Below, one piece after another: positions 23,355 to 35,598 of a stretch of 64,000 nucleotides of DNA. A program made the translations under genes and the position numbers. Source of the stretch: Mustelus asterias (lineage: Eukaryota); assembly GCF_964213995.1 (NCBI RefSeq), contig NC_135820.1, forward strand, positions 5,456,001 to 5,520,000, in the 5' to 3' direction. The notes under the pieces are model-generated. The model made no database searches. It saw only the letters and a program-made list of their open reading frames with translations, and was not told where the DNA came from. Each line of letters starts with the position of its first letter. The first letter of the stretch is position 1.

Positions 23355-26300
23355 ATCCTTATTTTTTCGCGGGGTTTTAGTTAGTTAAGAGTTTGAGTGG
23401 GAACCGGAAGTAGGAAGGGAGCGGCGTGACGTGGGAAGGATTTTTGTAGTTTTTTTTTAGCGCGAGGTATAAAAAATAGGCGGCTCTAACCAGCGGGCAC
23501 GTTGAGAGCGGGCAGCGTTGAGAGTGGGCAGCAGAGTGAGCTGGGAGTAGAGTGAGAGTTGTAAGGGCTTTGGCTCGAAGGGCTTAGGCGGAAAGGGCAA
23601 GGCGGGGTAACTTTAATTCTTAAGTACGTTTCTCTGTGTTCCTTGAAACAGAAAGGAAAATTATGACTGTGAGGCCAGTCTGTTGTTCCCAATCTAGGAT
23701 GTGGGAGGTCCTGGAGGCTCCTGGCCTCCCAGACGTCCATATCTGTGATGGGTGTGTTGAGCTGCGGTTCCTAAGGGACCGTGTTAGAGAACTGGAACTG
23801 CAGCTCGAGGATCTTCATCTGGTTAGGGAAAATGAGGAGGTGATAGACAGGAGCTATCATCAGGTGGTCACACCAGGGCCACGGGAGGCAGGCAAGTGAG
23901 TAACGGCCAGGAGGAGGAAAGCTCGGGTGATAGAGAGCACCCTGGTGGATGTGCCCCTTCACAATAAGTACTCCTGTCTGAGTACTGCTGGGGGGGACAG
24001 CCCACCTGGGCGAAGCAGCAGTGGCTGTGTCTCTGGAGCAGAGTCCGGCCCTGTAACTCAGAGGGCTAAGGAAAGGAGGAGGAAGGCAGTATTAATCGGG
24101 CACTCAACAGTAAGGGGGTCGGACAGGCATTTTTGTGGAGGCAGACGGGAGTCTCGGGTGGTGGTCTGCCTCCCTGGTGCCGGGATCCGGGATGTCTCTG
24201 GTTGCATCCCAGAAATCCTGAGGGGGGAGGGAGAGGAGCCAGAGGTCGTGGTACATATTGGTACTGCTGAGATAGGTAGGAAGAGGGAAGGGGTCATGAA
24301 AAGAGAATATAGGGAGTTAGGTCGACAGTTGAGAAGGAGGAACACAAAGGTAGTAATCTCAGGATTACTGCCTGTGCCACGGGAAAGTGAGAGCAAGAAT
24401 GGAGTGAGGTGGAGGATGAATGCGTGGCTGAGGGAATGGTGCAAGGGGTAGGGATTCGGGTTCCTGGATCATTGGGACCTCTTTAGGGGCAGGTGTGACC
24501 TGTATAAAGAAGACCGGTGGCACTTGAATCCCAAGGGGACCAATATCCTGGCAGGAAGGTTGGCTAAGGCTACTGGAGAGACTTTAAACTAGAAAGGTTG
24601 GGGGGAGGGAATCATGATGAGGTGACTGGGAGCGAGGAGGGTAGCCCGCAAATAGAGAGGGATTGTAGACAGCGTAAGAGGGAGAATAGACGGGTGATGG
24701 AGAAGGGGAGAGCTCAGACCAATGGTTTGAGATGTGTCTATTTTAATGCCAGGAGTGTAGTAAATAAAGTGGATGAGCTTAGAGTGTGGATCAATGCTTG
24801 GAAGTCTGATGTGGTGGCTATTACGGACACTTGGGGAGAGGGACAGGACTGGATACTTCAGGTGCCGGGTTTCAGATGTTTCAGAAAGGTACAGAGAGGG
24901 AGGCAGAAGATGGGGGGGGGGAGTGGCGCTGCTGATCAGGGATAGTGTCACAGCTGTAGAGAAGGTGGATGCCATGGAGGGGTTGTCTACGGAGTCTCTG
25001 TGGGTGAAAGTTCTGAGCGGGGAGGGGTCGATAACTTTGCTGGGTGTTTTCTATAGGCCGCCCAATAGTAACAGGGATGTTGAGGAGCAGATAGGGAAAC
25101 AGATCCTGGAGAGATGTAGTAATAACAGGGTTGTCGTGATGGGAGACTTTAATTTCCCAAACATCAATTGGAATAACCTTAGGGTAAGGGGTTTGGATGG
25201 GGAGGAGTTTATTAGGTGTGTTCTGGAGGGTTTCCTGACACAGCATGTGGATAAACCTACGAGAGGAGAGGCTGTACTCGATCTGGTACTGGCTAATGAG
25301 CCTGGACAGGTGTCGGATCTCTCAGTGGGGGAGCATCTTGGGGATAGTGATCATAACTCTATCTCCTTTACGCAAACATTGGAAAGAGATAGGATCAGGC
25401 AAGCTAGGAAAGTGTTTATCTGGAGTAAGGGGAAATATGAAGCCATCAGGCAGGAGATTAGAGGCGTAAATAGGAAGGAGGTATTCTCGAGGGAAAGTAC
25501 TGAAGTAAGGTGGCAGATTTTCAAGGAATGTTTGTCTGGAGTTCTACATGACAACATTCCGATGAGACAGGGAGGTTTTGGTAGGTTACGGGAACCGTGG
25601 CGCACGAAAACTGTGCTGAACCTAGTCAAAAGGAAAAGGAAAGCGTACAATAGGTTCAGAGAGCGAGGCGATGATGGGGATCTAGATGGGTTAATACGGC
25701 TTGCAGGAAGGGGCTTAAGAAGGAAATTAGGAGGGCCAGAAGGGGTCATGAGAAGGCCTTGGCAGGTAAGATGAAGGAGAACCCTAAGGCATTCTATAAA
25801 TATGTGAAGAGTAAAAGGATGAGATGTGAAGGAATAGGACCTATAAAATGTGAAGGTGAGAAAGTCTGTACGGAACCGGAAGAAATAGCAGAGGTGCTTA
25901 ATGAATACTTTACCTTGGTATTCACGGTGGAAAAAGACCTGGGTGGTTGTACTACAAGATTGCGGCGGACTGAGAAGATTGAGTTTGTCACATTAAGAAA
26001 GAGGATGTGTTGGAAATTTTGAATAGCATCAAGATAGATAAGTCGCCGGGACTGGATGGGATGTACCCCAGGTTACTGTGGGAGGCAAGGGAAGAGATTG
26101 CAGAGCCTCTGGCGATGATCTTTGTGTCGTCGATAGAGACAGGAGAGGTTCTGGAGGATTGGAGGATTGCGGATGTGTTTCCTATATTCAAGAAAGGGAA
26201 TAGGGATAGCCCAGGAAATTACTGACCGGTGAGTCCAACCTCAGTGGTTGGTAAGTTGATGGAGAAGATCCTGAGGGACAGGATTTATGAACATTTAGAG

Positions 26301-27645
26301 AAGTTTAGTCTGCTCAAAAGTAGTCAGCACGGCTTTGTCAAAGGCAAATCGTGCCTTACGAGCCTGGTGGAGTTCTTTGAAAATGTGACTAAACACGTTG
26401 ATGAAGGAAAAGCAGTAGATGTGGTTTACATGGACTTCAGCAAGGTGTTCGATAAGGTCCCCCATGCAAGACTTCTCGGGAAAGTGAGAGGGCATGGGAT
26501 CCAAGGGGCTGTTGCCTTGTGGATCCAGAACTGGCTTGCCTGCAGAAGACAGAGAATGGTTGTAGATGGGTCTTTTTCTGAATAGAGGTTGGTCACCAGT
26601 GGAGTGCCCCAGGGATCTGTTCTGGGACCCTTGCTGTTTGTAATTTTCATAAATGACCTGGATGAGGAAGTGGAGGGATGGGTTGGTAAGTTTGCTGACG
26701 ACACGAAGGTTGGTGGTGTTGTGGATAGTTTGGAGGGATGTCAGAAGTTGCAGAGTGACATAGATAGGATGCAAGACTGGGCAAAGAAGTGGCAGATGGA
26801 CTTCAACCTGGATAAATGTGTAGTGGTCCATTTTGGCAGGTCAAATGTGATGAAGGAGTATAATATCAAGGGTAAGACTCTTAGCAGTGTAGAGGATCAG
26901 AAGGACCTTGGGGTCTGGGTCCATAGGACTCTTAAATTGGCCCCGCAGGTAGAGGAGGTGGTTAAGAAGGCGTATGGTGTGCTGGCCTTCATCAATCGAG
27001 GGATTGAGTTTAGGAGTCGGGAGATAATGATGCAGCTTTATAAGACCCTCGTCAGACCCCACTTAGAGTACTGTGCTCAGTTCTGGTCGCCTCATTACAG
27101 GAAGGATGTAGAAATTATTGAAAGGGTGCAGGGAAGATTTACAAGGATGTTGCCTGGATTGGGTGGCATGCCTTATGAAGATAGGTTGAGGGAGCTTGGT
27201 CTTTTCTCCTTGGAGAGACGAAGGATGAGGGGTGACCTGATAGAGGTGTACAAGATGTTGAGAGGTATAGATCGGGTGGATTGTCAAAGGCTTTTCCCAG
27301 GGCTGAAATGGCTGCTACGAGAGGACACAGGTTTAAGGTGCTGGGGAGTAGGTACAGAGGAGATGTCAGGGGTACGTTTTTCACTCAGAGGGTGGTGGGT
27401 GAGTGGAATCGGCTGCCGTCAATGGTGGTGGAGGCAAACTCGATAGGGTCTTTTAAGAGACTTCTGGATGAATACATGGGACTTAATAGGATTAAGGGTG
27501 ATATTACCTATCACCCTTAATCCTATTAAGTCCCATGTATTCATCCATTCACCCTATATATGCTGAGGTAGGTAGGGAAATGACCGACTCGACTTGTGGG
27601 CTGAAGGACCTGTTTGTGCTGTAGTTTTTCTATGTTCTATGTTCT
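23355..27645 (+). mobile_element. Full-length degenerate CR1/HER1 LINE (5'UTR, ORF1 esterase, ORF2 APE-RT)
   Basis: ORF1 has a Cys-rich/zipper N-terminus and SGNH blocks (LIGHS, VVHIGT, WHLNPKG). ORF2 has several stops and frameshifts. AATAA TSD at 23350-23354 and 27646-27650. Empty site at 42296. Confidence 0.95.
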
Positions 27646-30615
27646 AATAACATCAAACACACCTAGATATGGTTCACTGTACCAGCCCTGGAGCTGAAGC
27701 CTTTAACATTCGCCAACAGTAACAGCACACAAGGACACCCTGCTCACTGAGAAAGGGGAATATAAACTCCTCACAAATGAATGGAATACCTACCCAGAAT
27801 TGAGAGAGGGGAATTTTCTGAAGGTGATCTTCTGCACTATTCCAGGGAATGGTCATCTTCACTTTGATGTAATAATCCCCTTCATCCCCCCGCCTGATGT
27901 CCTTTATCAATAAGGAGCACTGTTTCTCTGTCACCTTTCCCTTCAGCTCAATTCTCCCTCTATATCCCGGGGTTGCTCTCCCCGGCTCTGCGGAATCAGA
28001 GATAACAGAAACCCCAGGGGTACGAGGATCAGAACCTCCCTTCAGCCACAGAATCCGTGGATTGCTGTATGTGTCGGGATAATCAAATGTGCACGGGATT
28101 TCTGCACACGAGCCTCTCACAGCCGCCACATTCCAGGGAATCCTCACAGACCATCGGGAACTATGGAGAACTGATAAACAAATATCCATTACATAAATAA
28201 TGAGCTGGCCAATGATAAACCGAATAAAATAATCCCAAAATTACAGCTCAGCACTGTTACATTTCCCTTGAAGCATCCACTGTTATATATACATCGCCAA
28301 CAATTACAACTCTGCAAGTTCCCATTGAAACTATTCAAATTCTAGTAAATATTTCATTCAAACACATTGAAGTCAGAATTCTGTCAATTCAGTAAAATAC
28401 AGAATAGAATTTCCAATATGAGATGCATTACAGCCTCAACATTAATTTACAAATCTTTAATTAACCATTCTTAACTCTGTAGGTCATGAATATTTTATTT
28501 TATTCACCAGACGGATACACCCTCAATCGGAAATTATTAAAAGAATCTTGTACCTTGGATAAACATCAGGATGAGGGGAACACACTTCATCATAATCATC
28601 ACGACAGAAGGTTCACCATTGTAGGAAGGAACTGATTTCAGATTAAATCTGGTGCTGAATTCCGCTCGCTGCTAATCGATTGCTGATCGATTACAATGGA
28701 ATCGGAGCTGCTGGGCACTCCCTCATTGGGAATCGATTTAACCTCGCACAGTTTGGCAATCTCACTCCCTCTCAGTGACCGCCACTAGCTGTCTCAGACA
28801 GCGACAGCATGGAGCTGGGCAGTAATGTGTTACTCACACAGTTAGTGGGTGCAATGGTGCCAAACTAGTGACCAAGGCTCACCAACTGAGAATGAACCCT
28901 TCATTGTGATTGGCTGTTCAGATAACAGGGGACAGGAACAAACATTTTAGACTGGAAAACCAAAAATAGCCCAGCACACAAGCTTCAGCCCGCTATCTCA
29001 CACATCTTTCTCTACTTTTCAGTCAATGCGCTCTGAGTGTGATGTTGTGGTTATTTCTGTAACCGCTGCTTGCAAATAAGTCGCTTCGCACCTTCAAACT
29101 TTTGCACCAGAACATGTATCTTAAATGTCAATGGGACGTAAGCATTTTCTCAGTAAATACTTTTCCGCAGTTAATCTGCTACTTTTCGATGTGACCTCAT
29201 TCTAACATTTGACAAAATGAAATTCAGTCCAATTAATCCCAGCCGTACAATAATCCTCTTCAAATTGCTTTTTCTCCAGATCCCATTGTTGGTTCTGGAA
29301 CTATTTTATTTTCATTCCTTCATGGGACATGGGCGACACTGGTTGGCCAGCATTTAGTGCCCATCCCCAATTGACTGAGGGCAGTTGAGAGTCAACCACA
29401 TTGCTGTGGCTCTGGAGTCACATGTAGGCCAGACCAGGTAAGGACAGCAGATTTCCTTCCCTAAAGGACATTAACTTGTGCTTTATTTTTGGGGTTAACT
29501 TTTGGTTGATTTCCACAAATCGAGACAGTGGAATGTGTTTACTAACGTGAAACTGTTTATTAATAGTCAGAGCAAGCAGTAGTAGTATAGTGAATAGTTT
29601 ATTTATTCGTCAGAAGTAAGGCTTACATTATCTCTGCAAATGAAGTTACTGTGAAAATCCCCTAGTCGCCACACTCCGGCGCCTGTTCGGGTCAATGCAT
29701 CTAACCAGCACGTCTTTCAGACAGTTGGAGGAAACCGGAGCACGGGAGGAAACCCACGCAGACACGGGGAGACACTGGGACACATGCTGCTAATTTCCTG
29801 ATAGCACGGACAGAATTAACTACACCCAGGTCAGGTTTAATTGATGGCAGCGATTCTCCTGTGCTTGTTTAATGGGAGAGAAACACTCAGTGCCTGGGAT
29901 CCCTCACCAAGGATTAAGTTAAAGTGAAAAGTTAAAGTTTATTCATTAGTGTCACAAGTAGGCATACATTAACATTCGAATAAAGTTACTGTGAAAAATC
30001 CCCTAGTTGTCACACTCCATCGCCTCCCCTCTCATGGTCTTTCTGAATATTTACTGAGAAAAAATGCTTACGTCCCATTGACATTTAAGACACCTGTTCG
30101 GGCTTAAAACCTTGAAGGTGCGAAGGCGACTTCTTTGCAAGGAGCGGTTACAGAAGTAACCACAACATTGCATTCAGAGCGTATTGAGAGAAAAGGAGAG
30201 AAAGATGTGGGAGATAGCGGGCTGAAGCTTGTGTACTGGGCTATTTTTGGCATTGGAGTCTGAAATGTTTGTTCCTGTCCTGTTGTCTGTACAGCTGATC
30301 ACAATGAAGAGTTCATTCCCTGTTGGTGAGCCTTTGTCACTAGTTTGGCACCATTGCACCCACTAACTGTGTGAGTAACACATTACTGCCCAGCTCCATG
30401 CTGTCGCTGTCTGAGACAACTAGTGGCGGTCACTGAGAGGGAGTGAGATTGCCAAACTGTGCGAGGTTAAATCGATTCCCAATGAGGGGGTGCCCAGCAG
30501 CTCCGATTCCATTGTAATCGATCAGCAATCGATTAGCAGCGTCTGGAATTCAGCACCAGGTTTTAATCTGGAATCAGTTCCTTCCTACAATGGTGAACCT
30601 TCTGTAGTGATGATT

Positions 30616-32966
30616 ATGATAAAGTGTGTTCCCCTCATCCTGATGTTTATCCAAGGTACAAGATCCTTTTAATAATTTCCGATTGAGGGTGTATCCGTCT
30701 AGTGAATAAAATAAAATATTCATGACCGAGAGAGATAAGAATGGTTAATTAAAGATTTGTATTTAATGTTGAGGCTGTAATGCATCCCATATTGGAAATT
30801 CTATTCTGTATTTTACTGAATTGACAGAATTCTGACTTCAATGTGTTTGAATGAATTATTTACTAGAATTTGAATAGTTTCAATGGGAACTTGCAGAGTT
30901 GTAATTGTTGGCGATGTATATATAACAGTGGATGCTTCAAGAGAAATATAACAGTGCCGAGCTGTAATTTTGGGATTATTTTATTCGGTTTATCATTGGC
31001 CAGCTCATTATTTATGAAATGGATATTTGTTTATCAGTTCTCCATAGTTCCCGATGGTCTGTGAGGATTCCCTGGAATGTGACGGCTGTGAGAGGCTCGT
31101 GTGCAGAAATCCCGTGTACATTTGATTATCCCGACACATACAGCAATCCGCGGATTCTGTGGCTGAAGAGGGGTTCTGATCCTCGTACTCCTGGGGTTTC
31201 TGTTATCTATGATTCCGCAGAGCCGGGGAGAGCAGCCCCGGGATATAGAGGGAGAATTGAGCTGAAGGGAAAGGTGACAGAAACAGTGCCCCTTATTGAT
31301 AAAGGACATCAGGCGGGGGGATGGAGGGGATTATTACATCAGAGTGAAGATGACCACTCCCTGGAATAGTGCCGAAGATCACCTTCAGAAAATTCCCCTC
31401 TCTCAATTCTGGGTAGGTTTTCCATTCATTTGTGAGGAGTTTATATTCCGCTTTCTCAGTGAGCAGGGTGTCATTGTGTGCTGTTACTGTTGGCGATTGT
31501 TAAAGGCTTCAGCTCCAGGGTTGGTACAGTGAACCATGTCCAGATGTGTTTGATGTTATTGACCTGAACTCAAACAGGTTACTGACATCCCAAACCCGCA
31601 GAAATTCCCCCCGCTGTCCACTTACTAAATGTAAACTTGGGAAATGGTTTGGAGCTACACAGAACAACGAAAAACAACCCTTAATAGAGACTGAACATTG
31701 AGTGAAGGTTCACACTCTGAATGGACAGGAAGGTGCACACGGTCAGTACATAGCAGGAATTCCGTCGCTAATACCCCCCGAGTCTCCGTTTAATGAAGGC
31801 AGGAGTGTGTCCTGCATTTAAAGAGCGCCTTTCATGAGCTGAGGTAGTTCCAAACAGATGCATCACTAATAAAGTGTCACTGTCCTAATATACTCACACT
31901 CTCGGCAGTGGGATTTGAACCCACTTTTCAGCCGGCAAGGAGAGTCCCAGAACCTGAGCTCTGACTTTTGTTCAAGGCAAGTTACCTTGGAGATCCCATT
32001 GGCTGTGAATGGGCGCGATACAGAGCCGGAAAGTGTTACCATCGAATGCAAAGTGGAAACATTAATTCACAATATCAAAAAAACTTAATGTCAGAACCTT
32101 GCTTTGAAGACTGGTTATCTGGGAGATCCCACTGAATGTTAATGTCCTAGAAAATCCAGTGTGGAGTGAAAAATCTATGGATAATATCCAAACCTCCCTC
32201 AGAAAATAGAATTCAATATTAATAAAATGTTTCCAAGGCAAGAACAGGAAACTGAATGAGGGGAAATATAATTCCCAGGTCGAGTAAACAGGCTGGTGTT
32301 TAACTAATTGTGTTCAACGGGGGAAGGTTGTCTTTCTATTTTATCCGGTTTCCCCCGTTAATTATCACCCTGTCTGGTCAGGACCAGGGCATCCAGAGAC
32401 AATTCTGACAAATAATGTGATACATTCATTGGTCATTGGTCAATTCTTCAGAAAGAACGGGGCAGATTATTAACAGAAGGAACACAAGTGTGTTCCGATT
32501 GACTCAGGGGAATTTAGGGATTTTAACCTGTTGCCGATAACAGAGAGAATAATCAGATAATCGATTTATTAATGTGATTATTTCTCAGACTTTGCTCTCC
32601 TCTCATTCGGTTTTGTAAGTTGGAATCTTGGGTAACTCGAATTTCCTCTGTTCCTGACAGAGAAACCGCGGATCTCAGTCCCGGGACAGTTGATAGCTGG
32701 AAAACCAGCCCAGTTCACCTGCTCACTCACCCAGAGTTGTTCAGTTCCGGAGTTTAAACTGGAGTGGATTGGAGAAGAATCTCCCATTCTGCCGGGAGCT
32801 CTAACTTCACAACACACCAGGAACAGTTTGGAGGATTCCTGGACGGTTTCATCAACTTTCTCCTTCACCCCATCACTGGATCAGCATGGGGAATCCCTGA
32901 CCTGTAAACTCATCAGTGGCGATGGGCAGACAACTGTCCAAGAATCTCTGAGACTGGATGTGCAGT
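30616..32966 (+). pseudogene. Cassette 4: L4 (30616-30655), V4 (31038-31412), intact C2-1 (32661-32966)
   Basis: V4 is 375 nt, with a 2-nt deletion near 31280 leading to TAG at 31367-31369, plus the 4-nt deletion seen in V3. C2-1 is open with both splice sites. Confidence 0.88.
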
Positions 32967-35598
32967 GTCGGTATCTGCGCTGGGATTTATTCAACCACCC
33001 TGACGGTAAATCAGATCAGAATCTGTCTGAGTCTCGCCTGGAAAACTGAACATTTGTAAAACTGAGATTGCGAGATTTCATTTTTAAGTTGTGACGTGTT
33101 GTTGAAGTTGTACAAGACATTGGTAAGGCCACACTTGGAATACTGTTTACAGTTCTGTTCACCGTATTACATAAATAATGTTATTATACTGGAACGAGTG
33201 CAAAAAAGATTTACTAGGATGCTGACGGGGCTTGATAGTTTGAGTTATAAGGAGAGGCCGGATAGACTGGGACTTTCTTCCCTGGAGGGTAGGAGGGTTT
33301 GGGGTGATCTTATAGATGTCTATAAAATAATGAGGGGCATAGGTAAGGTAGATAGTCAACACCTTTTCCCAAAGGTAGGGGAGTCTAAAACTAAAGGGCA
33401 TAGGTTTAAGGTGAGAGGGGAGAGTTAGAAAAGGGTCCAGAGGGGCAATTCTTTCACTTAAAGGGTGGTGAGTGTTTGGAACGAGTTTCCAGAGGTAGTA
33501 GTAGAGGTGGGTAAAATAATGTATATACTATTTTAAATAAACCCAATAATCAAAAATAAACTGGTGGTGGGAGGGGGGGTGGGTGTGGGGGGGGGGGGGG
33601 GGGGTGGTAGGGGGGTAGGGAACTGTGACAGCCACTGGTGAGACATTAACAAAAAAATCGAAACTTAAAGGAGACTTACAAAATCAGATTACAGTGTCCT
33701 TCCCAGGGGTGATGATAAACCCAGCCCCAATGGTGCCGATTGGTCACAGAAGCAATAATTTATATACTGACATTGGAATAATAAAACATCCTAAATCACT
33801 CCAGAGGCTTATTTGCAAACAGAAGTTGAGACCAGCTACATAAGGAGATGTCTCAGAGGCAACCACAAACAGGGTAAGGGCCTGATTTTAAGCGGTATCT
33901 CAAAGGAGGAGAGTAGCTCGAGAGAATGACTGAGGATGGGGAATTTAAAACATTTGCGCCCAAGTGACTAAAGTGCTGGCTGGTAATGATTCAGCCATTA
34001 AAGTCTGGAGTGTACAAGAGACCCAGAGGCCGAGGAGGGAACAAAATTGCTGCCTTTGCACTTACCACACATCCCACTCAATCTGAAATACAGTTCCAGT
34101 GATCGAGTTGGGTTATTCCATCTGTTGGTCCACTTTCTCCAATTTTCCTGACCCTTCTGGGAATATTCCTGACACTGGCCCCTGTGGTAATTGTGTGTTG
34201 ACATTGGGGAATATCACATATGTTACAATTCATGGGAGTGACATTATTGATGTCCCTGTGTGTATCTGATGGGTCCCACTCATCACTTACATTGCACGGA
34301 GATGTGTGTGGAACTCCTGGCGGTGCCCAGATTATTTGCGGCCTCGCACCAATATTCCCCTTCATCTTCAGAACTCACATTGTGAATGAAGAGCTTCAGC
34401 TCCGCAGCGGGAGAGTTGCTGATCTCTACCCCATGTCGGCTCAATGTTAAATTGACTGGGGGGATCCCTGAAGCTTTGCAATAGAATAAGAATGAACTTC
34501 CTTCCACTGATACTATAGAGGAGTTGAGGATTGGTTTGCAAAGCACACCTGAAACACACAGGTTTGTTGGTGCTATAAGAAAATGAAGATTAAAATAAAA
34601 TAAATAAATTTTTCCTCAGTGTAACCAAACAGGTGCTAGTTAGTGAGAACGATGGGATTTTCACAGTGACTTAAGTGCAGTGTTAATGTAAGCCTACCGG
34701 TGACACTAATAAATAAGTCTTCACTTCAGTTAATTGTTTAACTACCTGGCTGAACTTCTAATGAATAAACGCATTCAGTCCAAAGACCATTCTTTCCAGA
34801 TTGAGAGTTCTTAACTTTCCCAATGGTGTAGAACTCAATTTTAGCATCAAGACCAACACCCCAGCAGCTCCACACAGAAACTAATGATCATTTGATTCTC
34901 TGGCTTACACTATATCAGCGATTAGCAATGTAGAAGGACAACACCTCACAACATTCAATCAGGTTACTCTCTAAATGTAATTTAGCGAAGAGGATAACAT
35001 ATGTTTAGTTTCAGTAACACATGGGGAGGGAAGAGTTAAAATGATTCTTCCTCCCTGGTGGCCCAGTGGTTCGGATTCGGCACTTTCACTGCCTCGGCCC
35101 AGTTTGGCAGCACGGTGACACAGTGGTTAGCACGACTGCCTCACAGCACCAGGGACCCGGGTTCAATTCCAGCCTCTGTTGACTCTCAGTGTGGAGTTCT
35201 GCCCGTGTCTGCGTGGGTTTCCTCTGGGCGCTCTGGTTTCCTCCCACACTCCAAAGATGTACGGGTTTGGTGGATTGGCCATACCAAATTGCCCCTTAGT
35301 GTCAGGGGGACTAAGTTGGTAAATATGTGGGGTTATGGGGATAGAGCTTGGGTGGGATTGTTGTTGGTGCAGGCTCGATAGGCCGAATGGCCTCCTTCTG
35401 CACTGGAGGATTCTGTAAAAACTTTGGATATCAATGGTTTTTAATTATGTGTGAATGCATTTAATTGAAGTGAAATTATATATTATGACTGCTTGTGAAG
35501 TATTTTTATTTAACCGAGAAAACATCTTTTCAGTCATATATATTAACTAAAATTTAACATGTCTGTGTCTCTCAGTAAAAATGCTAACACTGCAAATA

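Larger units (their letters stand above)
18202..28593 (-). pseudogene. Cassette 3: L3 (28554-28593), V3 (27794-28170), C2-1 (21566-21871), C2-2 (18202-18457)
   Basis: V3 is 377 nt (4-nt deletion near the donor) with YYIKV. C2-1 has TAA at 21774-21776. C2-2 is 256 nt (two 1-nt deletions). Confidence 0.88.
11700..29000. repeat. First copy of an internal direct segmental duplication (second copy about 30050-43613)
   Basis: Same order L-V-C2(+) / C2-C2-V-L(-), same fusion junction, and the same tRNA-Glu-SINE, Rex-like and Penelope fragments in both copies. Confidence 0.88.
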
